Of a DNA stretch of 64,000 nucleotides, positions 33,649 to 43,703 are shown in pieces (the stretch's first letter is position 1; the number at the start of each line of letters is the position of its first letter). The DNA is from Mageeibacillus sp. UBA5747 (lineage in GTDB: Bacteria; Bacillota; Clostridia; Saccharofermentanales; UBA5734), in NCBI GenBank assembly GCA_002419145.1, contig DIFN01000029.1:12584-76583 (forward strand), written 5' to 3'. The translations under genes and the position numbers were made by a program. Under the pieces are notes generated by a model, which saw nothing but the letters and a program-made list of their open reading frames with translations, did not search any database and was not told the origin of the DNA.

Positions 33649-34521
33649 TCATTCACCCTGTAACTCCTCGGCCAGCTGGCGGCGGTACTCAGTCAGTTTC
33701 CCCTTCTCCTCTTCACTGAACTCCGGATAGGCCAGGGGCAGCTTTTTCAAGGTCTGGACCAGAATGTCGGAAATCAACAAACGCGAGAACCATTTATGGT
33801 CCGCTGGGACGATGTACCAGGGAGCATGCTCGGTTGCGGTCTCCCGGATCATTTCCTCGTAGGCTTCCTGATATTGCTGCCAATATTGGCGTTCGTGGAG
33901 ATCTCCGGCAGAGAATTTCCAGTTCTTGTCCGGGTTGTCAATCCGCTCGAGCAAGCGCTGGGCCTGTTCTTTTTTTGACAGGTGCAGGAAAATCTTGACC
34001 ACAACGATGCCGTTTTCATGCATGTATTGTTCAAAATCGCGCAACTGGCGGTAGCGTTCTTTCCAGATGTCCCTCTCGACCACACGATCCGGTAAGTTCT
34101 GGCTTTTAACCAGGTTATGGACTTTGACAACGAGCACGTCTTCATAATAGGAACGGTTGAAGATGGCGATATTCCCGCGTTCGGGCAGATGTTCATGGCT
34201 GCGCCAGAGGTAATCGTGGTCGAGTTCCTCAGCCGATGGGACTTTGAAAGGGGTCACTTCGACACCCTGCGGATTGAGTCCACTCATGATGTGTTTAATG
34301 ACGCCATCCTTGCCGGCCGCATCCATCGCCTGCAGGATCACCAGAACACCCAATTTGTTGTGGGCATACAAGACATCCTGGAGCTTGATGAGCTCTTCGA
34401 TATTGCGGGACAGTTCTTGCTCCGTCTTGACACCTTTGCTGCGGCCGCTGGTTTTGTCAGTGGCAAAATCAGCCCAATGGAACCCCTCTTGGCCACTGAC
34501 TCGGAAACTCTTGATTTTCAT
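33649..34521 (-). CDS. ppk2: polyphosphate kinase 2 family protein
   Basis: 290 aa starting at ATG 34521 behind GGGAGGA. Walker-like QAMDAAGKDG, plus YLWRSHEHLPERGNIAIFNRSYYEDVLVVKVH. Confidence 0.85.
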   Translation of the reverse strand: MKIKSFRVSGQEGFHWADFATDKTSGRSKGVKTEQELSRNIEELIKLQDVLYAHNKLGVLVILQAMDAAGKDGVIKHIMSGLNPQGVEVTPFKVPSAEELDHDYLWRSHEHLPERGNIAIFNRSYYEDVLVVKVHNLVKSQNLPDRVVERDIWKERYRQLRDFEQYMHENGIVVVKIFLHLSKKEQAQRLLERIDNPDKNWKFSAGDLHERQYWQQYQEAYEEMIRETATEHAPWYIVPADHKWFSRLLISDILVQTLKKLPLAYPEFSEEEKGKLTEYRRQLAEELQGE

Positions 34522-34550
34522 TACAAAGTCCTCCCTTTTCAACGCGGTGC

Positions 34551-35168
34551 TCAAGTCAGCCGCACGACGATCTTGTGCAGGATGTCGACGGCTGAATCAA
34601 GATAGGCCGATGCATCTTTGATGTGGTGGTACACTTCGCGCTGGCGCAATGCCTCCATAGGATTGTTGCTTTTAAAAACTGCTGACATGGCCTCACGGTA
34701 GGATTGCTCGATCCGGTCATGGGTCTGGCGAATCCCGGCTATATGGCTCTCCGTCTCATATGGATTTGTCTTCAGGTGGGCAACTGATTCGGCAAATTGG
34801 TCGGTTCCCTCCTTGAGGATCGCCACCATACCGATCATCACTGGATTGGCTGTAATTTCATAGGCCTGCATCGACAGCAACGTTGATTCAGCATACTCGA
34901 TCACTTTGTTCATGCCGATCGAGATCGAATAGATGTCGCCCCGGTCAAAAGGGGTTGTAAAAGCATCGATCAGTTTGCGTTCAAGTTCCATCCGGATCTC
35001 ATCGGCAGCCTTCAATTCTTGGCGCAGAGCACTGCTTTCGATCGCAGATGCATCCTTGAGCCAGTTAAACAGGGCATCGACACCCTGTGCATTCAATTGG
35101 GCCTGCTCACTGAGCATGGCAAAAAAGTCATATTTGGGCGGGAAAAGCCGGTCCAGCAAACGGTCCAT
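34551..35168 (-). CDS. DUF47 (PhoU-like) phosphate-transport accessory protein
   Basis: 205 aa. MDRLLDRLFPPKYDFF...AADEIRMELERKLIDAFTTPFDRGDIYSISIGMNKVIEYAE is a typical DUF47 partner of PiT. Confidence 0.8.
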   Translation of the reverse strand: MDRLLDRLFPPKYDFFAMLSEQAQLNAQGVDALFNWLKDASAIESSALRQELKAADEIRMELERKLIDAFTTPFDRGDIYSISIGMNKVIEYAESTLLSMQAYEITANPVMIGMVAILKEGTDQFAESVAHLKTNPYETESHIAGIRQTHDRIEQSYREAMSAVFKSNNPMEALRQREVYHHIKDASAYLDSAVDILHKIVVRLT

Positions 35169-35184
35169 CCTATCGTCTGAACTC

Positions 35185-36237
35185 CTAACCTGATCGTCCG
35201 GACATTTCCAGCACGAAGCGGAGAAGTCCGGCAAAAGCGGCTGAAATGAGCGCGGAAGCGGGGAATGTAATCAGCCAAGCGGCCAAAATTCCTTTGGCGA
35301 CCTGCCAATTGACTGCCTTGTATCGGTCTGCAGAGCCTGTTCCCATTACACTACCGACGACAATCTGAGATGTCGAAACGGGGGCTCCCAAGGATGTCGC
35401 TACCAGAAGAGACGCAGCCGCTGCCAGCTGGGCATTGAAGCCATTGAGCGGACGAACCTGGAAGATGCCCCGGCTCAGCGTCCGGATAATCGGCCAGCTG
35501 CCAAACAAGGTGCCTAAGAAGATGGCAAGCCCGACCCAGCTTAGATACCAGCCCACGGACGCCTGTCCTGAATGTCCGGAGGCCAGACCTGCCAAAACCA
35601 GAATCCCGGCAATTTTCTGGGCATCATTGCTGCCATGGCTGAAGGAGAGGAGCACCATCAGAGGCAACTGAGCCCGGTTGAGCCAGCGATTGAGCGAATA
35701 GCGAGCCCTGGCCAGGACATATTTGCTGGATTTCTCGAGAATGAAAGCCGCCAGAAATCCGATCAGTGGCGAAATCAGGAGAGCAATGAATATCCCTCTG
35801 ATCCCATGGGTCTGTAGCTGGCTGCTGGTTGCTGGTTGCTGCCATTGGATGCTATCCCAGCCTGCCCACACCAGGCCCGAACCGACACACCCACCAACCA
35901 GGGCATGTGTGGAGCTGGAGGGCAGGCCCAGACGCCAGGTCAGAAAATTCCAGAGGACAGCCCCCAGCACTGCCGCTGAGAGAATCGGCAAGAGCTGGCC
36001 ATCTGCTGGAGAGACCCGAATCAGGCTGGAGAAGGTCCGTGACACAGCCTGTCCGCCCAGATTTGCTCCAGCCAAGCTGGCTATCGCTGACAGACCAACC
36101 GCCAGACGGGGCGAAGCTGCCCGGCTGGCGATCACCGGCGATACAACAGCCCCAGCGTCGTGCAGGCCATTGGTCAAGGCAAAAACCAGACAGGCAACCC
36201 AGACAAAACCCAGAAAAATCTGGTCCGCCACCATCAT
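35185..36237 (-). CDS. pit: inorganic phosphate transporter, PiT (PHO4) family
   Basis: 350 aa. It carries both repeated PiT signatures, TNGLHDAGAVVSP and SHGSNDAQKIAG. Confidence 0.9.
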   Translation of the reverse strand: MMVADQIFLGFVWVACLVFALTNGLHDAGAVVSPVIASRAASPRLAVGLSAIASLAGANLGGQAVSRTFSSLIRVSPADGQLLPILSAAVLGAVLWNFLTWRLGLPSSSTHALVGGCVGSGLVWAGWDSIQWQQPATSSQLQTHGIRGIFIALLISPLIGFLAAFILEKSSKYVLARARYSLNRWLNRAQLPLMVLLSFSHGSNDAQKIAGILVLAGLASGHSGQASVGWYLSWVGLAIFLGTLFGSWPIIRTLSRGIFQVRPLNGFNAQLAAAASLLVATSLGAPVSTSQIVVGSVMGTGSADRYKAVNWQVAKGILAAWLITFPASALISAAFAGLLRFVLEMSGRSG

Positions 36238-36279
36238 GAGGCTGGCTGGCTTATGGCTGCCATCGCCAAAATCCTTTGC

Positions 36280-37272
36280 TCAGCGTGAGCCTTTGTCGTA
36301 CGGAATGCCCTCGGCTTTCGGCGCCCGTGACTTGCCGGACGTGAAAACCAGGACGATCATCGTGACAATGTAGGGCAGCATCTGGTAGATGTACTGTGAG
36401 TATTTGATGCCAGAAAAAGTAGGCAAAAACGGAATGCTGCCACTGTAAGAGCCGATCACCCGGAACAAGGCGAAAAACAGGGCTGCACCAAAAATTCGCA
36501 CCGGATTCCAGTTGCCAAATATCATCACAGCCAGGGCAAAAAAGCCATACCCAGCGACCGTCGATTGGAAGCCGGACCCCGCTGCAATCGTGAAAGCCAG
36601 GCCGCCGATGCCGGCCAGGAAGCCAGAGATGGCGACCCCGATGTAGCGCAGCCGGTAGACATTGATCCCGACCGAATCAGCCGCATGAGGATGTTCACCG
36701 CAAGCTCTCAGACGCAAACCAAAACGTGTCTTGTAGATGACGAAGACCGTCAAAGCCAGAATCAACAGGGCAATGGGCGTGGTCAGGTACGAACTCTTGA
36801 AAAGCAGCGCGTCCCAAAAACCGGGGTCGGAGCTCGGGGCAAGGCCAAGGGTCTCGCGAGTGATCTTGATCCAGGTCGGGATGTTGATCGTGGTCTGGCC
36901 CTGGCCCTGGATGGCCCAGGTCAGGACTATCGCAAATGCGGGTGCAAAAAGGTTGAGTGCAGTACCACCGATGGTCTGGTCGGCTTTCAGGCTGACCGAG
37001 GCGACAGCCAGCAAGAGTGAGAAAACCATGCCTGCCACAGCCCCGATGGCCATGGCCCCCAGCATCGCCAGCTGAGGATGTCCCGGACCCCAGCCGCCCT
37101 TGTCGGCCGATCGCAGGAACAAACTGCTGAACAGGGCCCCGATGATCATGATGCCCTCGAGGGCAATGTTGATCGTGCCACTGCGCTCACTGAACATGCC
37201 GCCCAGGGCGACCAGCAACAGGGGGATCGCAAAAATGATGGTTGCACCGATGATGTCAGCCAGGATAATCAT
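36280..37272 (-). CDS. ABC transporter permease (BMP/nucleoside-type, YufQ/NupQ-like)
   Basis: 330 aa, polytopic. It overlaps the upstream permease by 4 nt. Confidence 0.85.
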   Translation of the reverse strand: MIILADIIGATIIFAIPLLLVALGGMFSERSGTINIALEGIMIIGALFSSLFLRSADKGGWGPGHPQLAMLGAMAIGAVAGMVFSLLLAVASVSLKADQTIGGTALNLFAPAFAIVLTWAIQGQGQTTINIPTWIKITRETLGLAPSSDPGFWDALLFKSSYLTTPIALLILALTVFVIYKTRFGLRLRACGEHPHAADSVGINVYRLRYIGVAISGFLAGIGGLAFTIAAGSGFQSTVAGYGFFALAVMIFGNWNPVRIFGAALFFALFRVIGSYSGSIPFLPTFSGIKYSQYIYQMLPYIVTMIVLVFTSGKSRAPKAEGIPYDKGSR

Positions 37273-38399
37273 GCGGCTACCTCCTCTTCACTGGCTGCCT
37301 TCGCTTCCACCCGCGCCAGCTTGTTCAGCTGCTTGCGGATGATCCCTTTAAGCAACAGGGAAAAGGCGCTCAGGTAGATGATCACGGAAATGATGATGTC
37401 GATGATTTCCTTGGCGTACTCCGGCTGCATCGCCTCACCACCGACCTGGATATACGAAATGAACAGGGCGCTGAAAATGATGCCCAGGGGATTGGAAGTC
37501 GCCAGCAAGGCGACTGGGATACCGTTGAAGCCCATGGCGGGGAGGATTTTCTCGATGGTGTACTGCGCCGTCCCGCTCAGGTAATAGATCCCGCCGCCCA
37601 ATCCGGCAAACGATCCGGCAATGATCATCGACAGGACGATGTTGCGTCGGGCATTGATACCAGCGTAGATGCTGGCATTGCGGTTGTAGCCACAGGCTTT
37701 GAGTTCATAACCGAAAGTCGTCCGGTTGAGTACAAAATAGGCGATCACAGCGACGATAACGGCGATGAAAAAGGAGATATTGATGTACGACGAACCGAAA
37801 ATCTGGTCCAACCCCCATTTGGGGATGAGGGCCGTGGGGTTGGCTGCTGCCATATTAGCCGTACGGTCCGGATTGGATGCGCCATAGAAATCGGCCAGGG
37901 CTCTGGGGATATTGGCCAGGAGGACATTGACTGCAAACAAGCCGATCCAGTTGAACATGATCGATGTGATGACCTCGTTGACATTGAAGAAGGCTTTGAA
38001 CAAGCCCGGCATGGCCCCCCAGATGGCCCCACCCACCATGGCAGCGAGCAAGGCAGCCCACCACGGAAATTGCCAGATGATGCCCGTATAGAGGGCAAAG
38101 AAGGTGCCTAGCATGTATTGGCCTGAGGCGCCGATATTGAACAGGCCGGTCTTGAAGGCAAAGCCAACAGCAAGACCGGTCATGATCAAGGGTGCAGCCT
38201 GGTAGAGGACCTTGGAAAATTTGCCAGCTGAACTGACCCCTGCAAACAAGATCTGTCCGAAACCATAGATAGATTTCTCAGGATTGAACACAATCAGCAG
38301 GATCAGGCCAAAGATCAGACCAATTCCAATGGCCGCAATCGAGGCCACCAAGCTATCAAAACCGGGCTTCTGGATGAGTTTCCTGATTCTGGCCATCAT
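37269..38399 (-). CDS. ABC transporter permease (BMP/nucleoside-type, YufP/NupP-like)
   Basis: 376 aa, polytopic. It overlaps the ATPase gene by 4 nt. Confidence 0.85.
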   Translation of the reverse strand: MMARIRKLIQKPGFDSLVASIAAIGIGLIFGLILLIVFNPEKSIYGFGQILFAGVSSAGKFSKVLYQAAPLIMTGLAVGFAFKTGLFNIGASGQYMLGTFFALYTGIIWQFPWWAALLAAMVGGAIWGAMPGLFKAFFNVNEVITSIMFNWIGLFAVNVLLANIPRALADFYGASNPDRTANMAAANPTALIPKWGLDQIFGSSYINISFFIAVIVAVIAYFVLNRTTFGYELKACGYNRNASIYAGINARRNIVLSMIIAGSFAGLGGGIYYLSGTAQYTIEKILPAMGFNGIPVALLATSNPLGIIFSALFISYIQVGGEAMQPEYAKEIIDIIISVIIYLSAFSLLLKGIIRKQLNKLARVEAKAASEEEVAA

Positions 38400-39979
38400 G
38401 AAAGCTGTCCTTTCCGGGAGGTTGCTGCTTTTCCCTGGTTTTCTGACGCGTCCGCTCGCTGGCTGCGCCGGGCACCAGCCATATATAGGCCCAATTGTTC
38501 GACTGTTGTTTCCCGCGGGGCAAACTCACCGACAATTTCGCCCTCATACAGGACCAGAATCCGGTCGGACACATTCATGACCTCATCAAGTTCCAGCGAA
38601 ACTAGAAGAACGGCCTTGCCGGCATCGCGCTGGGCTACCAGCTGGGCATGGATGTATTCGATCGCCCCAACATCCAGGCCACGTGTCGGCTGGATTGCTA
38701 CCAGCAGCTCAGGATTTTTGTCAATTTCTCTGGCTATGATCGCTTTTTGCTGATTGCCGCCTGACATGCTGCGGACGATCGTTTGAGGTCCTTGTCCAGC
38801 CCGGATGTCATACTGTTTGATCAGCGCATCTGCGTAGGCCAGGACCTGATCTTGCCTGATGACGCCATTGTGCTGGAAAGCAGGCTCCCAGTATCGCTGC
38901 AGGACCAGATTGTCCGCCAGATTGTAATCGAGAATCAGGCCATATTTGTGGCGATCTTCCGGGATATGGCTGATGCCGAGCCGCGAACGCTGGCGAATGC
39001 TGGCCCGGGTAATCTCATAACCTCGGAGCCGGACTGACCCTGAGGTAATCTTCTCGATGCCAGTCAGGGCATAGACCAGTTCACTCTGACCATTGCCTTC
39101 GATCCCCGCCAGACAGACAATTTCACCAGCTCGGACTTGGAAGGACACCCCTTTGATGGCATTATTTTTGTGCAATTTGGACGGGACAACGAGGTTTTCA
39201 ACTTCAAGTACCACCGCACCCGGTTTGAGATTCCCTTTTTCGACCTTGAACTGGATCGGTCGGCCCACCATCATGCGGGAGAGTTCTTCAACGGTCGTAT
39301 CCTTGATGTCGACGGTACCCATGCACTTGCCCTTGCGCAAAACCGTGCAGCGGTCCGAAACCTCCATGATCTCATTAAGCTTGTGACTGATGAAAAGGAT
39401 CGATTTCCCTTCAGCCTTGAGGCCGCGGATGATCGCCATCAGCTCTTTGATCTCTTGAGGTGTCAGGACGGCTGTCGGCTCATCGAAGATCAGAATCTCA
39501 TTATCACGATAGAGCATCTTGAGAATTTCCACGCGTTGCTGCATCCCGACTGTTATGTCCTCGATCCGGGCATCCGGTTCGACACTGAGGCCATATTTCT
39601 GGCTCAGTTCGAGGACGCGCTGGCGAGCTTCCTGATATTTAAGCACGCCGAGACGAGCAGGTTCGACGCCCAGGAAAATATTTTCGAGCACGGTGAAGAC
39701 TTCGACCAATTTAAAATGTTGATGAACCATGCCGATCTGCAGATCGTTGGCATCGTTAGGATTGTGGATCTGGACGACCTGGCCATTCTTCCTGATGACA
39801 CCGCTGTCTGGCTGGTAAAGGCCAAACAGGATGCTCATCAAGGTGCTTTTCCCTGCTCCGTTTTCACCGAGCAGGGCATGGACTTCACCGCGCCGCAACT
39901 GCAAAGTCACATGATCGTTGGCCAGGACACCGGGGAATTCTTTGGTGATGTTTTCCATTTCAATGATGTAGTCGCTCAT
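38396..39979 (-). CDS. ABC transporter ATP-binding protein (duplicated cassette, sugar/nucleoside type)
   Basis: 527 aa starting at ATG 39979 behind GAGGTGA. First cassette GENGAGKST; second cassette MSGGNQQK and LLVAIQPTRGLD. Confidence 0.9.
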   Translation of the reverse strand: MSDYIIEMENITKEFPGVLANDHVTLQLRRGEVHALLGENGAGKSTLMSILFGLYQPDSGVIRKNGQVVQIHNPNDANDLQIGMVHQHFKLVEVFTVLENIFLGVEPARLGVLKYQEARQRVLELSQKYGLSVEPDARIEDITVGMQQRVEILKMLYRDNEILIFDEPTAVLTPQEIKELMAIIRGLKAEGKSILFISHKLNEIMEVSDRCTVLRKGKCMGTVDIKDTTVEELSRMMVGRPIQFKVEKGNLKPGAVVLEVENLVVPSKLHKNNAIKGVSFQVRAGEIVCLAGIEGNGQSELVYALTGIEKITSGSVRLRGYEITRASIRQRSRLGISHIPEDRHKYGLILDYNLADNLVLQRYWEPAFQHNGVIRQDQVLAYADALIKQYDIRAGQGPQTIVRSMSGGNQQKAIIAREIDKNPELLVAIQPTRGLDVGAIEYIHAQLVAQRDAGKAVLLVSLELDEVMNVSDRILVLYEGEIVGEFAPRETTVEQLGLYMAGARRSQRADASENQGKAATSRKGQLS

Positions 39980-40058
39980 GGTCACCTCAGATGTTCCTTG
40001 TGCGAAAAGGCTAGACACTGTCTAGCCTTTTCGTTTCTGGAGCCAATAGACGATACGG

Positions 40059-41147
40059 TCAGCCCTGATAGTCGACTGTAACGACGCTGACTGCGGGAGG
40101 CGTATCGATGATATTCGACACCGTCAGGGCGCCGGATTGCATGTCCGCAAAGAGTGTGTTGTATTCATCGACCGTGAATTTGACAAGACGCCAGCTATCG
40201 GCTGCGGTGGGCAAGCCAATGCAGTTTTCCGCCGCACCGAGAACAGCTGTTTTGCCAGCATGCTCGGCATCCCATGTGCCTTTGTTGGCATAGAGGGAGC
40301 CCAGGGCGAGCTTGACTGACTCGGTCAGGTCCTTCATGGCCGAAGTGATGATGGTCGGGGATTCGGCAGACTGGTCAACGTCGACGCCGATGACCTTGCC
40401 ACCAGCAGCGTCAGCTGCAGCGGTAGCACTCAGATAGATGCCGCCGCCACAGGCAAAGACGACCTCTGTGCCTTCGGTATACCAGCCGGACATTTTTGTC
40501 TTGATGTCATCATTAGGCGCGAACACGCCGGAATACCAGTATTTGATTTCAACTGAGCCAGGTGCCAGGCCAAGTTTCTGGGCAGCAGCATCCGCACCCT
40601 GGACATAGCCGTAACCATAGCGCACAACGGCTGGAACAGCCATGCCACCGAGGAAGCCGAGTTTGGTGTAGCCATCCATGACGGCGGCATATCCGGCCAG
40701 ATAACCTGCCTGCTCCTCACGATAGAGGATGTTGTGCACGTTGGGTGATGTTTTATAGGTGGAGTAGTCAGGGGTGTGGGGCTCGCCGTCAAGAAGCAGG
40801 AAGTTGACCTTGGGGAACTGGTCCTGGACCTCATAGATGGCTTCTTCAAAAAGATACCCCGGACAGACGACGACCTTGGCGCCCTTGTCGATGGCGGTCT
40901 TGATCGTCTCGACGCGTGCAGCGGTGGAGTCCTCGCTGGGTCGGTAATAGGCATAGGTGATTTTGTTGGCCTCGGCGTACTCCTTGACGCCGTTCCAGGC
41001 ACCTTCGTTGAAGGACTTGTCATCGATGTTGCCAACGTCCGTGACGAGGGCAATCTCATAGGAGTCTTTGGGTTTACAGGCAGACAGCAACGCAGTGGTG
41101 GACAGGATCAGGGACAGGACAAGAACCAGAGCCCAGAACTTTCTCAT
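40059..41147 (-). CDS. BMP-family (PnrA/Med/TmpC-like) substrate-binding lipoprotein
   Basis: 362 aa. Signal peptide with lipobox LLSAC. VALVTDVGNIDDKSFNEGAWNG is the hallmark BMP N-terminal block. Confidence 0.9.
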   Translation of the reverse strand: MRKFWALVLVLSLILSTTALLSACKPKDSYEIALVTDVGNIDDKSFNEGAWNGVKEYAEANKITYAYYRPSEDSTAARVETIKTAIDKGAKVVVCPGYLFEEAIYEVQDQFPKVNFLLLDGEPHTPDYSTYKTSPNVHNILYREEQAGYLAGYAAVMDGYTKLGFLGGMAVPAVVRYGYGYVQGADAAAQKLGLAPGSVEIKYWYSGVFAPNDDIKTKMSGWYTEGTEVVFACGGGIYLSATAAADAAGGKVIGVDVDQSAESPTIITSAMKDLTESVKLALGSLYANKGTWDAEHAGKTAVLGAAENCIGLPTAADSWRLVKFTVDEYNTLFADMQSGALTVSNIIDTPPAVSVVTVDYQG

Positions 41148-41480
41148 GTTGTAATCCTCCGAAAAATGCTGTTATTCTGATGTGCGGGGGGTCATAACCC
41201 TCCCTAATATTTTAGCATATCTTTTGGAAAGAAACGTGCAAGTCTTTTAGTGATCCTGTCCAATTTTCAGATCAGTCCGGAATCAGGCCGACCCCAACGT
41301 CTGTGTGCACAATCAGGTGGTAAAATCCGCGGCTCGAGCGCTGTGTGTTGCTTTCCATCTGGGTCACCTGACCTGTGCAACATTTGTCAGTTCTAACCAC
41401 TTTTCGAATATAAACAGTTGGCTTGCCGATCAAGGAAAAGAGTATACTGGAATCAGGAATAAAGGAGAGGAGTGCAGGAA

Positions 41481-41831
41481 ATGCAAGCGATCACTCTTTT
41501 CAACGGACACGTCGGCAAAGCCGACTACACACTAGATGCCCGGATCGAAGATGGTTCCTTACAGATCATCGGTCATGACCAGGGAGCAGACATCATTAAG
41601 CTCTATGGGTCTCCTGAGCATGAGTTTTCATATACGTTCACTCCTGAGCGGACTCGATTCCTGCATTACCGGTTACGTCAGGATTACCTGTCAGATGATG
41701 ACTTGCTCACATTGGTCCGGAAATTATTCGGGGGCCCGGATGGCGAAAAAAAGCTGCGGCAGTACTGCCGCAGCCATAACATCCCATTTGAATTCCATGA
41801 TTCTGTTGAATCGATCGACCAGATTTTTTAA
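41481..41831 (+). CDS. hypothetical protein (116 aa)
   Basis: ATG 41481 lies behind AAAGGAGAGGAG. It is a soluble, acidic protein with no recognisable family. Confidence 0.55.
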   Translation: MQAITLFNGHVGKADYTLDARIEDGSLQIIGHDQGADIIKLYGSPEHEFSYTFTPERTRFLHYRLRQDYLSDDDLLTLVRKLFGGPDGEKKLRQYCRSHNIPFEFHDSVESIDQIF

Positions 41832-42062
41832 CGCTCAGGATTCCTCAGTCGGTACTTCAGGATGATCCGCAGAAATTTCAGAAACAGGCTCTGAATGGGG
41901 CACTGGTTTAAGGAAGTCTGTTACCAAGGCCAGCACCTCGATTGTCTCGCCAGGATATTCCGATATCCCGCAAGACAAGTTCGGCGTTGTGCTGTTATTT
42001 TGCTATGTCAATTGGGATGATGACTTGGATTCTGTTTCCAGCGGCTGTCATTCCGAACCTGA

Positions 42063-43232
42063 CTAGAGCGGCTCCAACCGCTGCAATGCTTTGGCTGTCC
42101 AGTTCAGATTTGGGAAGAGCTTGAGCGGGATTTTGAGCGGGTTTTTGCTCAGTTCCAGACTGGCAGTCAGTTCGGCTAGAAATTCCAGACGCATGGCCGG
42201 CTGCATCCTCAGTACATGGAGCGTACCCCCGGCCACCGCTCTGATTTTGGACTCCACTTGTAGCTCCTGGCGTTTCTGCTCGTATTGCTGGCGTGCTGCC
42301 CGATGAAGAGAACGGACCTGAGCCAGGAAATCATCGGCAGTATAAACGCAGCTGCGATCCAGCTCAAACGCCAGCGCTGCCTGTTCAAAGCCACTGAGCA
42401 AGTCCGGACCGTATTCACGTAGCAGCCGGGCATGGTCATCTGATGCAAAGGTGTAATAATCTCCATTGAGCCGGTCAAACGCCTTCATGGCATCCAGATA
42501 ACCCAGCGCCTGGTTGCGGCGGATCAGGGCTGGATCCAGATCCAGAAGGCTGCCGAGGCTTTGGGAATCATGGATCAGAGTCAGCTGGGTGTTGTCATCC
42601 ACCGGCCTGCGCACAGGCACACGTGGCTCAAGGTCAATTGCCACAAGGTGGCGGAGTCCCTGGCGGCGCAACATCGAGACCGGGAGATTCTCAGCAAAGC
42701 CACCATCCAGGTAGCGTTTGCCATCAATCTGTACCGGCTGCAAGCCCGGCAGATGGGCACTGGCCAGGATGAAATCAATCAGCTGGCCGGCTGGGATGTC
42801 TTCGATCCAGCGCGGCTCAGCTTTCAGGTCATTGAGTTGGATGGTCATCAGGCCAAAGCGGACCGGATGGGACCGGATGGCAGTTTCGTCAATGTAGTCC
42901 AGAAGCAGCTCGCGCAGCGGGCCAGTGTTGATCCCACCCTGAGCCAGGATCTCTTTGGCCAGGATGTCCGAGTTTTTTAAAGCAAACAGATCACTCGATT
43001 TCAGTTCAAGCGGTGAAGAAAAGGCCAGACACTGCTCATAGGTTAGATTCTGCCACAGCTCGACCGCCCGCTCATAGCTGCAGCTGAGCATCAGCGCACC
43101 ATTGATCGCGCCGATGGATGTACCCGTGATGGCCGCAAACTCGATGCCGAGTTCCAGGAAGGCCCTCCAGGCACCGATTTCAAAGGCACCGCGCGTGCCA
43201 CCTCCACCCAGAGCCAGACCTAATTTTGCCAT
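42063..43232 (-). CDS. patatin-like phospholipase
   Basis: 389 aa. Oxyanion GGGGTRG, nucleophile GTSIG, and a later DGG block for the catalytic Asp. Confidence 0.85.
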   Translation of the reverse strand: MAKLGLALGGGGTRGAFEIGAWRAFLELGIEFAAITGTSIGAINGALMLSCSYERAVELWQNLTYEQCLAFSSPLELKSSDLFALKNSDILAKEILAQGGINTGPLRELLLDYIDETAIRSHPVRFGLMTIQLNDLKAEPRWIEDIPAGQLIDFILASAHLPGLQPVQIDGKRYLDGGFAENLPVSMLRRQGLRHLVAIDLEPRVPVRRPVDDNTQLTLIHDSQSLGSLLDLDPALIRRNQALGYLDAMKAFDRLNGDYYTFASDDHARLLREYGPDLLSGFEQAALAFELDRSCVYTADDFLAQVRSLHRAARQQYEQKRQELQVESKIRAVAGGTLHVLRMQPAMRLEFLAELTASLELSKNPLKIPLKLFPNLNWTAKALQRLEPL

Positions 43233-43549
43233 ACAGACCTCCTGTAGAGAAGCGATGCCACGGCATAGAAAAAGATCCCGAAGGTGTAGAACAACCCTCC
43301 GGCAAACAGGAAATGCAGCAGCCCGGCGGGGACTATGGCAAGCATCGGTTGGATGGCAATGCCCAGGATGGCCAGGAACGAGCCACAGATGGCAAAACTG
43401 ACTGTTGCAAGGACGTCGCGCCGCCGTGCGGCATCCACAGCCAGGATCACCCGTGCGGCGACGCTAAGCAACGAACCGCTCCCGCAGGGGATGCTGTTGA
43501 ACAGTTTTTCAGCAAATGTATCAAAGCGAATGGGACGTGTTTGGTCCAT
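43220..43549 (-). CDS. small membrane protein (3 TM)
   Basis: 109 aa starting at ATG 43549. It overlaps the patatin start by 13 nt. The C-terminal GGLFYTFGIFFYA weakly recalls hemolysin-III/PAQR proteins, but the protein is much shorter. Confidence 0.5.
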   Translation of the reverse strand: MDQTRPIRFDTFAEKLFNSIPCGSGSLLSVAARVILAVDAARRRDVLATVSFAICGSFLAILGIAIQPMLAIVPAGLLHFLFAGGLFYTFGIFFYAVASLLYRRSVWQN

Positions 43550-43703
43550 GATTCTCGCTCTCTGGTTCTGTGGGATCGTTCGGGACCAGCTCAGGAAAAC
43601 CCGGCGAGTTCCAGTACAATTATACACCAGACAGGCGGCAAAGACTTTAAAACTGAATTATAATGGAAGGCATACCGGCCGCAAGGAACAAACCTTGAAT
43701 CTT

